IMG/VR virus record: IMGVR_UViG_3300037458_001688
Span: 1-56,916 of that record
DNA from: a virus
Taxonomy: Duplodnaviria > Caudoviricetes
Length of the DNA: 56,916 nt
Direction: 5' to 3' (one strand)
Shown here: positions 7,827 through 16,461 of the stretch, one piece after another
How the letters are laid out: each line of letters starts with the position of its first letter
Position numbering within the stretch: position 1 is the stretch's first letter
The notes under the pieces: generated by a model
What the model saw: the letters and a program-made list of their open reading frames with translations, nothing else
Databases searched by the model: none
Told to the model about the DNA's origin: nothing
Program-made: the position numbers and the translations under genes

Positions 7827-8390
7827 TCACGCATCGCGCGTGACCTGGGCGTACAGATCGGCCACTGCGTCGTTGCTGAGCACCTCGGCCACGGTCACCT
7901 GGTCGCCGGGGAGCCGCGCCGCGATGGCCTCCTCGAACCGCGCCCTCTCGAGCGTTGTCCCCGCTGCCGTCCGCCGAGCGTTGGCGCTCTCCAGCAGGTC
8001 GTTGCGCCGGCACTCGCCGAGGACGCGCCCCCGAACCAGCCAACCCCTCAGCCAGTCGGTCGACATCGCCTGAAGACCTTCGGTGTTGCTGTTCCCCTTG
8101 GCGGACCTACGCTTGTTGCTCTCGACCGCCACCGGGTCGGGCTGTGGCTTCGGCAGAACCTGCGGGAACACCCGCCCTCCGGCCAGGTGGCTGCGCAGCT
8201 GCGACCCCGCCGCGTCGACCGCGGTGGCGATCCCGAGCTCCGCCGCCTCATGCAGCAGGTCGTCGTCAGCCAGGACCATCTCCCGGAGCTTCGCCCTCGC
8301 CGTGTTGCGGTCCTTGACCTCGTTGAGAATGTCCATGGCGAGCCGCCCGACTCCGACACAGTCCTGATGCTCTTCCGCTCGCGCGCTCAT
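7827..8390 (-). CDS. hypothetical protein directly upstream of the TIGR array
   Basis: ATG with GGAGGT RBS; stop codon ends 8 nt before unit 1. Confidence 0.7.
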   Translation of the reverse strand: MSARAEEHQDCVGVGRLAMDILNEVKDRNTARAKLREMVLADDDLLHEAAELGIATAVDAAGSQLRSHLAGGRVFPQVLPKPQPDPVAVESNKRRSAKGNSNTEGLQAMSTDWLRGWLVRGRVLGECRRNDLLESANARRTAAGTTLERARFEEAIAARLPGDQVTVAEVLSNDAVADLYAQVTRDA

Positions 8391-8392
8391 CG

Positions 8393-8593
8393 TTACCTCC
8401 CGTGTTTTCCCCGACACCCCAGCATCTCGCCGAGGTGGTGGACGATCCGTTGCTGGTTCGTGCTGTTGAGGATGTCGAGCGCCACCGCGCCCGGCCGCTC
8501 GGGGTCGCGGATCACGAGCAGGTGGGACCCGCAATCCGGGCACGTCGCCTCGCGGTAGCCGCAGCACCAGCGCCAGTGGTGGTTGCGCTTCAT
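8393..8593 (-). CDS. small zinc-ribbon protein
   Basis: CCG...CPDCG; ATGA coupling. Confidence 0.5.
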   Translation of the reverse strand: MKRNHHWRWCCGYREATCPDCGSHLLVIRDPERPGAVALDILNSTNQQRIVHHLGEMLGCRGKHGR

Positions 8594-9168
8594 GGGCCTT
8601 CCTCCCCAGCGGTCCGGCGCAGGCTGCTGCGCCAGTCGATGACGGCGTTCAGGAGCCGGTCCGCGAGGGGGAGCAGGGTGGTCGCCTCGCGCTTCGACAC
8701 CTCGCCGTCGGCCGCCGCCAGCACCCACGACGTGAGGGCGCCGCCGAATGCCTCGACGGTCTTCGCCGTCGTCTCCACCACCGTCTCCTGGTCCTCCTCC
8801 CCGTCCGCCAGCTCCAGCGGCCGGAATCCAGCAGCCTCCAAGGCCAGCGAGAGGCCCGCCCGCGCCACCTCTGGCCGTCTGAGCACGAGCAGCCAGAAGT
8901 CCTCGAGGGGAAGCCCATGCTCCCCGTCGAGCTGCTTGTTGCGGAAGCGGGGTGTCCGGTCGGCCGCGACCTGCGGCACCAGGCGGAAGAAGTCCTCGCC
9001 CCACCGACCCAAGAGCGACGCCGTGACGTCCACTGCTCCGACGTCGTCATGCTCGGCCAGCTCCCGCCGGCGCTCGGCGATGTTCTGGCGGACCATGCAG
9101 GCCCGTCCCGTGACCACCACATGGGCAACCCGCGGCTCGTGCTCGACCACCCTCAGCTGCTGGCGCAT
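8590..9168 (-). CDS. CII-like phage regulatory protein
   Basis: Position in the early operon; C-terminal AADGEVSKRE helix pair. Confidence 0.4.
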   Translation of the reverse strand: MRQQLRVVEHEPRVAHVVVTGRACMVRQNIAERRRELAEHDDVGAVDVTASLLGRWGEDFFRLVPQVAADRTPRFRNKQLDGEHGLPLEDFWLLVLRRPEVARAGLSLALEAAGFRPLELADGEEDQETVVETTAKTVEAFGGALTSWVLAAADGEVSKREATTLLPLADRLLNAVIDWRSSLRRTAGEEGP

Positions 9169-9410
9169 GTGTCCCTCCTCCTCAGAGCCAGGGCCGCGAG
9201 GTGCGAGTTGGCCTCGTCAACCGACCCGCTGTCGCGCTGCAGCGTCCGCAGGAGGCTGCTGTCGACGCGGTCGAGAGCTCGCTGCAGCTCTGGCCGCGCG
9301 GCCGCCACGTCAGGCCACACCCGGCACAGCACATCCGCGCTGATGACCGCACGTTGCAGCAGCGTGTGGACCTCGATCGCCTCGCCTACGGTGAGCTGGA
9401 CCTCGATCAC
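9153..9410 (-). CDS. hypothetical protein
   Basis: Coupled ORF. Confidence 0.5.
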   Translation of the reverse strand: MIEVQLTVGEAIEVHTLLQRAVISADVLCRVWPDVAAARPELQRALDRVDSSLLRTLQRDSGSVDEANSHLAALALRRRDTCASS

Positions 9411-9667
9411 TTGGCCTCCCCGTTGTCACCCTCCGCCTTCCCGTCGCCGAGGGTCTGCTTCACGTCCCGCCGCAGGTTCTTCAGCTGGTAACGGATGGCG
9501 GCGACGTCCTTGGCCAGCGCCTCGAGCTGCGGGTCGTGCCCGAGGGCGGTCTCGACCAGGTTGCCGACCCGCCGCAGCTGCCGCCACATGCCGAAGGCGC
9601 ACGCCACGAGAACCCCGAGACCCACCAGCTCGACCGCGTCCATCGCTCCGTCCCTCCTCCAGCTCAT
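9407..9667 (-). CDS. small TM plus coiled-coil protein
   Basis: Hydrophobic helix; coupled ORF. Confidence 0.5.
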   Translation of the reverse strand: MSWRRDGAMDAVELVGLGVLVACAFGMWRQLRRVGNLVETALGHDPQLEALAKDVAAIRYQLKNLRRDVKQTLGDGKAEGDNGEAK

Positions 9668-9933
9668 CGCGATGCCTTCCTCTCCCGGTGCTCGGCCATC
9701 GTGGCCGTCTGCGCCTCCAGGTGGCGCTCGAGCTCGCGGCGGGGCACCACGATCCGGCGTCCCACCCGCACCACCCTGATCAACCCCGCGTCGATGCGCC
9801 GGCGCAGCTCCGTCTCCCCGATGGAGGACGCCGCGGCCGCCTCGCGCACCGTCAGCCCAAGCTTCCCGGCGCCGCTGGAGGCGACCATCCCCTCGAGCTT
9901 CCGAAGAAGCCGCTGCTCTTCCTTGGCCGTCAC
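9664..9933 (-). CDS. excisionase-like HTH protein
   Basis: LTVREAAAASSIGETELRRRIDAGLIRVVRVGRRIVVP. Confidence 0.8.
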   Translation of the reverse strand: MTAKEEQRLLRKLEGMVASSGAGKLGLTVREAAAASSIGETELRRRIDAGLIRVVRVGRRIVVPRRELERHLEAQTATMAEHRERKASR

Positions 9934-9934
9934 G

Positions 9935-10354
9935 TCAGCCCCCGGAGTTCTCGACCAGGTAGAGGTGGTGCTCGCTCGCCGCCAGCACGGCAGGCGTGAC
10001 CTCGAGGTCGCCGTGCCGGCCCCCCATCCTCGCCAGGTGGAGGAGGCTCTGCGCCTCCCTCGGGTGGGCGACGAGGTCGGACCTCAGGCCGAGCCCGGCC
10101 AGGTAGGAGCGGATCTCGGGCTCGGTCATCGACGCGAAGTCCGGCTCGGGCTCGGTCGCGAGCCGCACCTTCAGCCAGCGCAGCGCCCGCTGGACCCGCA
10201 GCGTCCCGAGCTCGACCTCGATCCGGTCGGCGCATGTCTCGTGCGCTACCACCTTGGCACCCTTGCGGAGGCGCTTTGTGCGGTACCTGTCGAGGAGCCG
10301 GATCTGCCGGCCGCAGTAGCAGCAGGTGTGCGAGCGGAAGCTCAGCCAGCGCAT
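9935..10354 (-). CDS. hypothetical protein
   Basis: CCYCG motif; RBS present. Confidence 0.5.
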   Translation of the reverse strand: MRWLSFRSHTCCYCGRQIRLLDRYRTKRLRKGAKVVAHETCADRIEVELGTLRVQRALRWLKVRLATEPEPDFASMTEPEIRSYLAGLGLRSDLVAHPREAQSLLHLARMGGRHGDLEVTPAVLAASEHHLYLVENSGG

Positions 10355-11328
10355 GACCCCTCCTCGTCGCCGTCACCCCACGGCGGCTGGTCGTAGTCGT
10401 CTCCGTCCCCATCCTCCGAAGGGCTCCCCAGCCCGGCCTGGGGAGCGGGAGGAGGCGTGTGCGAACCCGGCGAAGGGAGGTCTGCGGACGCCACCGGGGC
10501 GGGAGAAGGTCCGGGGTCCCCCGACCGGGTGGGACGAAGCGAGGAGACAGGGGCAACGTCGCCGCACGGGGCTGACCCGGTCTCGACGAGGTTGCCCACG
10601 CGTGTGGTGTCGATGGGAGCCCCGCACGCGTCGACGGCGTGTGGGAGCGCGGTGTTGGACAGGACGTAGGAGTGGACGCGGGGCCCGCCCGGGGAGGAGG
10701 CATGGACCCCGGGTGTCGTCGGCGTGGGCCCCGCGTCCGACTCGCGTGACGGTCGCCAGCTGGTGCTGCTGTTGTCCGGCGCGTCCATGTTCTCGGCGGT
10801 GAGGAGCTGGTCGTGGTAAGCCAGCTGCTCGAGCGTCGCTGCCGCCACCAGGGCCGCCGACGTGGCGACGCGCCGCGCCACCTCCATCGTCAGCGCGGAC
10901 TCGACGGGGTACCCGTCAGAGCCCATGTGGTGCGCCCGGCACAGCAGGCGCCGGCCGCTCTCGCCTGCCAGCAGCCCCGTGATCGCCGCGGCGGCGAAAA
11001 GGTCGCGCCGCTGGTGGTCGTCGGGGGTCAGCGCAGGCTCATAGGCGGTGGTGTACTCGTAGCCCTCCATGATCTTTTGGAAGGCGACGCTCAGCGGGGC
11101 TTCACGCTCAACCTGGCCCGTCCCGTTGCACGCGGTGCACACCAGCTCCTCGGGGCCGTGCTCGCGCTCGAGCGAGTCGGCCAGCACGAGCAGCGCGGCC
11201 AGGTCCTCGCCTCTCGCGTGGCGGTAGCGATGCTGCCACCCCTCCCACGCCGGGTTGTTGACGACCGCAGACCCGCCGCAGATGTCGCAGGGGCCCCTGT
11301 AGCACACGAAGTAGAGGTCTGCGTCCAT
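10342..11328 (-). CDS. hypothetical protein (Zn-finger N-terminus, RDLFAAAAITGLLA motif)
   Basis: CDICGG and CTACNGTG motifs; common phage RDxFAxxAxxGLLA motif. Confidence 0.55.
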   Translation of the reverse strand: MDADLYFVCYRGPCDICGGSAVVNNPAWEGWQHRYRHARGEDLAALLVLADSLEREHGPEELVCTACNGTGQVEREAPLSVAFQKIMEGYEYTTAYEPALTPDDHQRRDLFAAAAITGLLAGESGRRLLCRAHHMGSDGYPVESALTMEVARRVATSAALVAAATLEQLAYHDQLLTAENMDAPDNSSTSWRPSRESDAGPTPTTPGVHASSPGGPRVHSYVLSNTALPHAVDACGAPIDTTRVGNLVETGSAPCGDVAPVSSLRPTRSGDPGPSPAPVASADLPSPGSHTPPPAPQAGLGSPSEDGDGDDYDQPPWGDGDEEGSCAG

Positions 11329-11565
11329 CAGCTCTTCCCCCGGTTGAAGAGGTTCACCAGGCCCGTGAGGGCCCGCTTCAGGACGCCGACGCCAGACGCC
11401 GGCGCCGGAGCCGCGGCCCGGCCCAGCGCGTGGCGCATCCTCTCCCGCTGCGCCGCAGCCTTGGCCTCGCGGTCAGCCTCTGCGCGGTTGCGCATCGTCC
11501 GCCCGACCCACTCGACGCCGGCACGGCGGTAAACCGCCCTACGGAGAGTCCTGAGCCCGCCCACC

Positions 11566-11892
11566 TCACACCGCCTTCCGCTGGCACCTGGGGCCGCCGG
11601 CGATCTCAAACGGGAGGCAGACGACGAGCGCGCTGTGGTCCGCAGGCACGACCCACTTCAGGTTGCCGCGGTAGGCCTGCGCCTTCTCGAGGCCCGCGGC
11701 GCGGCCCACGATGCGGACGTAGGGGAGGCCGCCCTTCTTCGCGCAGGCCAGCACCCGGCAGCTGATGCCCCGCGGCTCGCCGGGGCTCAGCCGCAGCATC
11801 CCGGGCCCCTGCTTGCGCAGGCTCATGGTCACGCCTGGATGGCGCCGAGACCCGATCGCCTGCCCGTACTCGATCAACGGCTCCCAGCTCAT
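11566..11892 (-). CDS. hypothetical protein
   Basis: ATG with GGAGG RBS. Confidence 0.5.
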   Translation of the reverse strand: MSWEPLIEYGQAIGSRRHPGVTMSLRKQGPGMLRLSPGEPRGISCRVLACAKKGGLPYVRIVGRAAGLEKAQAYRGNLKWVVPADHSALVVCLPFEIAGGPRCQRKAV

Positions 11893-12250
11893 GACGGACC
11901 TCCTCGCAGGTGGGGGCGGGTCATTTCGTTGACGGCCCACCGTCGAAGCTCGAGCAACAGCGCGTCCTCCTGGCACGGAGGCACCCCCGGGAACGCCGGC
12001 GGCTCACCACCGCCGCGCCGGTCGCCGGCGTCCCCTCCCGTGTTCGCGGTCGTCGAGGCTGCGTCGAAGCGATCGCTCTGGGGCTGCTTCCGCCCGCCAC
12101 GGTTGTCTGGTCCGTGGTCGGGCCCCGTCACGCCGCAGCCGACGCGATCGACCGGTGAGCTGGGTCGACATGCTTGGAAGACGCCGCCCGAGGCACGCAG
12201 GGCAGCGCCGGGGATCACCGCGCCGTGCCACGCGGAGATGGAGTCGTGAG

Positions 12251-12517
12251 TCACCCGCGCTCCACCGGGGCCGATGCGCCCTCAACCGGCACTGGCGCTG
12301 GAACGATCGGGCATGCAAGTTCCTCGCATGGCCACAGCTCGTCCACCGACGTTTCGAGCGCAGCAGCGATGCGGCGGGCCAGCGGTAGCGTCGGGGCGTG
12401 CTCCCCGTCCTCCAACCGCTGCACGTGCGAAATGCTCATCTCGGCCAGCTCGGCGAGCTTCTGCTGCGTCAACCCCCGGGCTAGCCTGTGGTCGCGAATC
12501 AGTGATCGTTGTTCCAT
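12251..12517 (-). CDS. cro: Cro-like XRE HTH regulator
   Basis: RLARGLTQQKLAELAEMSISHVQRLEDGEHAPTL; divergent from cI. Confidence 0.85.
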   Translation of the reverse strand: MEQRSLIRDHRLARGLTQQKLAELAEMSISHVQRLEDGEHAPTLPLARRIAAALETSVDELWPCEELACPIVPAPVPVEGASAPVERG

Positions 12518-12524
12518 GAACGCG

Positions 12525-12553
12525 AATTTAACACCCCGCAAATGCGCTGTCAA
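12525..12553 (-). promoter_or_regulatory. sigma70-type early promoter for cro (leaderless)
   Basis: TTGACA-17 nt-TAAATT, with ATG 7 nt downstream. Confidence 0.75.
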
Positions 12554-12578
12554 GGGTGGGGCGACCACTTTCTCGCGG

Positions 12579-12607
12579 TTGACCTCGAATTCGCGTCAAG
12601 CGATCTT
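12579..12607 (+). promoter_or_regulatory. cI promoter (leaderless)
   Basis: TTGACC-17 nt-GATCTT, with GTG 7 nt downstream; inverted ACGCGAATT/AATTCGCGT candidate operators lie in both promoters. Confidence 0.5.
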
Positions 12608-12614
12608 CGGAGAG

Positions 12615-13271
12615 GTGACCATCGGCGAGGCCATTCGGGGGTGGAGAGAGGTCCGCGGGCTCAGCATCGAGGCCCTTGCGGACCGGGCTGGAATCGCGAA
12701 GACGTCCCTGCAGCGGTACGAGACGAACGCAAACTCCCCGACCTACCACCAGCTCGAGAAGATCGCCGGCAAGCTGGACCTGACGGTGGCGGAGCTCGTC
12801 TCCGGCCCGTCACCCGTGGTGCGGGAGCCGTCCTCTCCCTACCGCGCCGACATCGACCACCCGCGCCCAGTCCACACGGTGGCTGTACCCCTCTACGACG
12901 GCGTGCCGGCCGGAGGGTGGTCACCATCGGCGCCGGAGCGGGACGGCGAGCACGAGGTTCTCCACCACCTGGTGGGCGATCGCGACGGCGGACGGTACGT
13001 CGTCGTACGCGTCCGGGGCGACAGCATGTACCCGCGCCTCCTCGACGGGGACCTGGTCCTCGTCGACACCCACCAGCGCCGGCCGAAGAGCCAGCAGGTG
13101 GTGGTCGCCGTCTACCGGGGCGCCACGACGCTGAAGCGGTACATGGTCATCAACCGCAGGCCGGTGCTGATGCCATTCAACCCCGACTACCAGGCCCTCG
13201 AGATTGATGACCCCGAGGACTTGCGCATCATCGGGGTGGTAACCGATCTTGTACACAGGGCTGGCGTCTGA
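12615..13271 (+). CDS. cI: CI repressor, HTH plus S24 autopeptidase
   Basis: XRE HTH; VPAG cleavage site, VRGDSMYP serine motif and TLKR lysine motif. Confidence 0.92.
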   Translation: MTIGEAIRGWREVRGLSIEALADRAGIAKTSLQRYETNANSPTYHQLEKIAGKLDLTVAELVSGPSPVVREPSSPYRADIDHPRPVHTVAVPLYDGVPAGGWSPSAPERDGEHEVLHHLVGDRDGGRYVVVRVRGDSMYPRLLDGDLVLVDTHQRRPKSQQVVVAVYRGATTLKRYMVINRRPVLMPFNPDYQALEIDDPEDLRIIGVVTDLVHRAGV

Positions 13272-13288
13272 GCCGCTATGGAGCGATC

Positions 13289-13582
13289 ATGAGCGACATC
13301 TACCTGTTGGGCCTGATCTGGATCTTGGGGCCGCTGGTCGGCATCGCCGCCGCTAACCACCAGGGCTTCGACCGTGTGAGCGGTGCGATTGGAGGGCTTC
13401 TGCTCGGGCCGGTGTTCGCCCTCGGGCTCTTCTGGGTGAGCCCGACGAAGCAGCGGTGCCCCCACTGCACCGAGTGGGTCCCGAAGGATGCACGTGTTTG
13501 CTCGCACTGCCAGCGCGACCTCCCGCAACCGCCCGCGCCACGCCAGATCGCCACCTCCTCCGCTGCCAGGCGCGGCCGGTGA
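13289..13582 (+). CDS. membrane protein with zinc ribbon (lysogenic-conversion-like)
   Basis: Two TM helices; CPHC...CSHC. Confidence 0.7.
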   Translation: MSDIYLLGLIWILGPLVGIAAANHQGFDRVSGAIGGLLLGPVFALGLFWVSPTKQRCPHCTEWVPKDARVCSHCQRDLPQPPAPRQIATSSAARRGR

Positions 13583-14115
13583 GCCCCACCCTCTCCGTCG
13601 GCCAGCTCTACCACCCAGAGCGCACGCGATGGCTGGAAGGCGTCGAGTACTCCTACGACCGCAACGGCCACACCCTGCTGCTGATCTGGTCCGGGCTCGA
13701 CCACCAGGTGGTGGAGGCGGTGCGGAAGGGCCGGGTAGACCTCGCCCTGTGGGCGCGCGGCGGGGTCGTGATCCTGCTCTACCGGATCGAGGGCGCCTGC
13801 GACTGGAGCGACGCCCCCTACTCCTGGCATATCGTGCCGCCGGAGCGCCGCCAGCTGCCGCCCATGCCGGCTGCGGAGGAGCGCGCCCTCCTGAGTGTCA
13901 TCCTGGTGGACGCGGACACGGGGCTGGTGCGCGTCCTGCGCGCGGTGACGATGGCGACGACGTTCACCCGCCGCCTCCACGGTGAGATCGCCGCCCAGGC
14001 ATCAGCGCAGTGGGACGCCGCCGCCTACGACGAGGAGCTACGCCTCCTCTACGCCTCGCACAGCACGGCCGCCCTCCTCGCCACCGCAGCCTCCACGTGC
14101 CGCGGTGGGGAGTAG
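13579..14115 (+). CDS. hypothetical protein
   Basis: GTGA coupling; globular-looking sequence. Confidence 0.6.
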   Translation: MSPTLSVGQLYHPERTRWLEGVEYSYDRNGHTLLLIWSGLDHQVVEAVRKGRVDLALWARGGVVILLYRIEGACDWSDAPYSWHIVPPERRQLPPMPAAEERALLSVILVDADTGLVRVLRAVTMATTFTRRLHGEIAAQASAQWDAAAYDEELRLLYASHSTAALLATAASTCRGGE

Positions 14116-14790
14116 CTCCATCCTCGGCATCTGGCACAACCGCTGGTTGCCAACCCACCAGGCCGGCGGGCGGATTCCCCAGGTCATCACCAGCAGACCT
14201 CCATGTGCGTCGTCCTGGCTCACCACCGGCAGTGGCCGACACTTGCACGCGGCAGCCCACCAGAGGTTGCGCATCCCCAACGGGGGCGCCGCGTCGACAT
14301 CCCAGCGCTGCACTACCCCGTACCCGTGCGCGCGCTTCTCCCCGATCGCCTGGACCAGGTCGAGCAGCTCGCGCACCCCGGCGGGATCTCCGATGAGGTA
14401 CCAGCTCACCGACGGGGTGACCCTGAGGATCCCCATGAGGCGGTAGCTCTTGTAGCGCCCGGAGGAGGCGTTGACCTTTCTCCGCTTGCCCGCGTCGAGG
14501 TGCTCCGCGTACTGGTCGTCAAACCGCTTGTGGTAGTGGATGACGTGCTTGTGGTCGAGCGCCGGCACCGGTGAGCTGCAGGCGTAGTACCAGTCGTCCC
14601 CCATGCCGAGCCGCTTCACCGGTAGCTCCGGCTCGATGGGCGGGCCGTCGATCACACCCACGTCCAGAACCTCTGGGCAGTCGCGCCGCAACATCGCCCA
14701 GGCGAGGATCCCGTCGAGCGCCGGCGTCCAATCGTCCGCTGCCACGTACCCGTTCACCAGGTGGGCCGTCACCCGCATCGGCGTGCTCAT
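14038..14790 (-). CDS. csf3: type IV CRISPR Cas5-like subunit Csf3
   Basis: MRVTAHL...LDGILAWA, WYYACS, HYHKRFD, SGRYKSYRL, Gly-rich IGEKRAHGYGVV. Confidence 0.85.
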   Translation of the reverse strand: MSTPMRVTAHLVNGYVAADDWTPALDGILAWAMLRRDCPEVLDVGVIDGPPIEPELPVKRLGMGDDWYYACSSPVPALDHKHVIHYHKRFDDQYAEHLDAGKRRKVNASSGRYKSYRLMGILRVTPSVSWYLIGDPAGVRELLDLVQAIGEKRAHGYGVVQRWDVDAAPPLGMRNLWWAAACKCRPLPVVSQDDAHGGLLVMTWGIRPPAWWVGNQRLCQMPRMELLPTAARGGCGGEEGGRAVRGVEEA

Positions 14791-15065
14791 CCCACACCTC
14801 CCGTCGCCCGGTCGCAGCCGAGCAGCACCGTCACCAGCTGAGGCAGGCGGCCGGGCCCCACCCGCTCCTGGACGTAGCACCGCAACCGCAGCGGCTTAGG
14901 CCCGCGGTAGAGCGCCAGACCTGTCGGCAGCGCCTTGACCCGGTGCGCCACCTCAGAGAGCCGCACCAGCTCCGCCAGGGCCACCTGATACTCGACTCCC
15001 GGCCGGCACCGGCGGCGGTACTGCTCGACCGCGTGCGGCGTCACGAACCACCGGCCCGGAATCAC
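14787..15065 (-). CDS. small RelE/DUF4258-like (BECR) RNase-fold protein
   Basis: FVTPHAVEQYRRR N-terminal helix and terminal LVTV strand; coupled to both cysH and csf3. Confidence 0.5.
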   Translation of the reverse strand: MIPGRWFVTPHAVEQYRRRCRPGVEYQVALAELVRLSEVAHRVKALPTGLALYRGPKPLRLRCYVQERVGPGRLPQLVTVLLGCDRATGGVG

Positions 15066-15883
15066 GCCGGCAACCTCTTCGCCTCTGGAATCGCCGCGAC
15101 CAGACGGGTGTAGAGGTCGGGGAAGTTGGCCTTGACCCATGCCAGCTCTCCATGCCGGTGGTGGTCTGTCGACGCCCACCAGCTGAGCCGGATCCGCCCG
15201 CGGTGCTCGAGGTGGAGCAAGGGCGCCGAGTAGATTGGGTGGAGCGGCAGCCGGTGCGTCGCGACGTAGGCGAAAACGTCCCGCCAGCTCCAGTCCGCCA
15301 GCGGCTGGCAGACCAGCATCCCGTCGCCCCGCTGGTAGACGAGGCCGTGGGTGGCCCGCGACACAGCCCGCCCGCTGCTCTCCTCTGACCGTAGGCCCAG
15401 CGCCACCCCGTCGAAGGGCAGCGTCCTGGGTTCGGGCGGAAAGGAGAGGAAGCGCCGGATCGGCCGGAACAGCGCCAGGTCGTCCTTCCGCTCCGCCGTG
15501 ATCTGCCCCAGCAGCTGACGGCGCTTGAGCGCGACCACATCCTCCTCGGGCCTCACCACGTGGAGCCTCTCGACCAGGCCCGCAGCCTGCAGCCGCTCGA
15601 ACACCTCGGCAGTTCCCGGCCACTCGACCCCGCTGTCGTGCCACATCACCTCGACGAGCTCGTTCCCACCCCGCGCCCGGATCCGCCGCGCCACCTCCTG
15701 CACCAGGTGAAGCATCGCCACCGAGTCCTTGCCCCCGGAGCAGGCGACGTAGGGGCGGGCGCACCGCCCGAGCCATGCCTCCGCGGCCGCCTGCGCCTTC
15801 GCCACCGCCCGCAGGTGCGCGGCCAGCCGGGCGTGGACAAGGTCCTCCTCGCGGTAGTCGTCCCAGCGCAAGGTCGCGTTCAA
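15062..15883 (-). CDS. cysH: type IV-B-associated CysH-like (PAPS reductase family) protein
   Basis: PP-loop ACSGGKDS, DSGVEWP, GLRSEESSGR, PLADWSWRDVFAY. Confidence 0.85.
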   Translation of the reverse strand: MNATLRWDDYREEDLVHARLAAHLRAVAKAQAAAEAWLGRCARPYVACSGGKDSVAMLHLVQEVARRIRARGGNELVEVMWHDSGVEWPGTAEVFERLQAAGLVERLHVVRPEEDVVALKRRQLLGQITAERKDDLALFRPIRRFLSFPPEPRTLPFDGVALGLRSEESSGRAVSRATHGLVYQRGDGMLVCQPLADWSWRDVFAYVATHRLPLHPIYSAPLLHLEHRGRIRLSWWASTDHHRHGELAWVKANFPDLYTRLVAAIPEAKRLPA

Positions 15884-16461
15884 CTCCCTCCCCCACGGCC
15901 TATACCCTCAAACGTCAATGACCGACGGTACCTCGAGCGCCGCCTGTCGATCAGGCTCACCCCAAAGCGATGGTCTGCTAGGTTCGGTACCTCGAGCCAG
16001 TATCGGCATCGCCGGCTCTTGAGGTAGTCGGCAACGAGGAGGTCGCAGCCGGTTGGATGCTCTGCGATTCTGGGCCACGACCGAGACAGGTCGAGCACGC
16101 CCATGGAAAATCCGGGTGGCAGGTAGAAACAGACCGCTGCGAGGAATGTCGATCCAGGCGCGAACCTGGATCCTATTGTGAGATCGGCTGAGCGCATGGA
16201 GAAGAGCTGGATTGGCATGCCCCTCGCACGGTCAAGTACACCGGTGAATCGCCGCTGGAAGTGCTCGCACAGGAGTGCATCGTCCTCGATGTGCAGTGCA
16301 GCGGCGTCGCCGGCGGCTTCCATGGCTCGCCGGAAGGTGGTCATCGCGTTGCGGTCTTGATCCCAGATCACCTCCGCCTGTGGCAGCTGGGCCAGGATCT
16401 CGCGGACCCACTCGGAGCGCTCACGGCAGGCGCGAACGAGGACTCTCAGAGGAGTTTCCAC
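15880..16461 (-). CDS. GT-A-fold glycosyltransferase-like protein
   Basis: LHIEDDA (EDD motif) and PNLADH, as seen in phage glycosyltransferases. Confidence 0.6.
   Translation of the reverse strand: METPLRVLVRACRERSEWVREILAQLPQAEVIWDQDRNAMTTFRRAMEAAGDAAALHIEDDALLCEHFQRRFTGVLDRARGMPIQLFSMRSADLTIGSRFAPGSTFLAAVCFYLPPGFSMGVLDLSRSWPRIAEHPTGCDLLVADYLKSRRCRYWLEVPNLADHRFGVSLIDRRRSRYRRSLTFEGIGRGGGS

Noticed and set aside
6539-7834. IS110 transposase / insertion sequence
   Set aside because: No N-terminal DEDD RuvC domain and no catalytic-serine SG motif; the gene is embedded in a phage operon with a dual-spacer array. The 7834 start lacks the strong RBS found at 7675.
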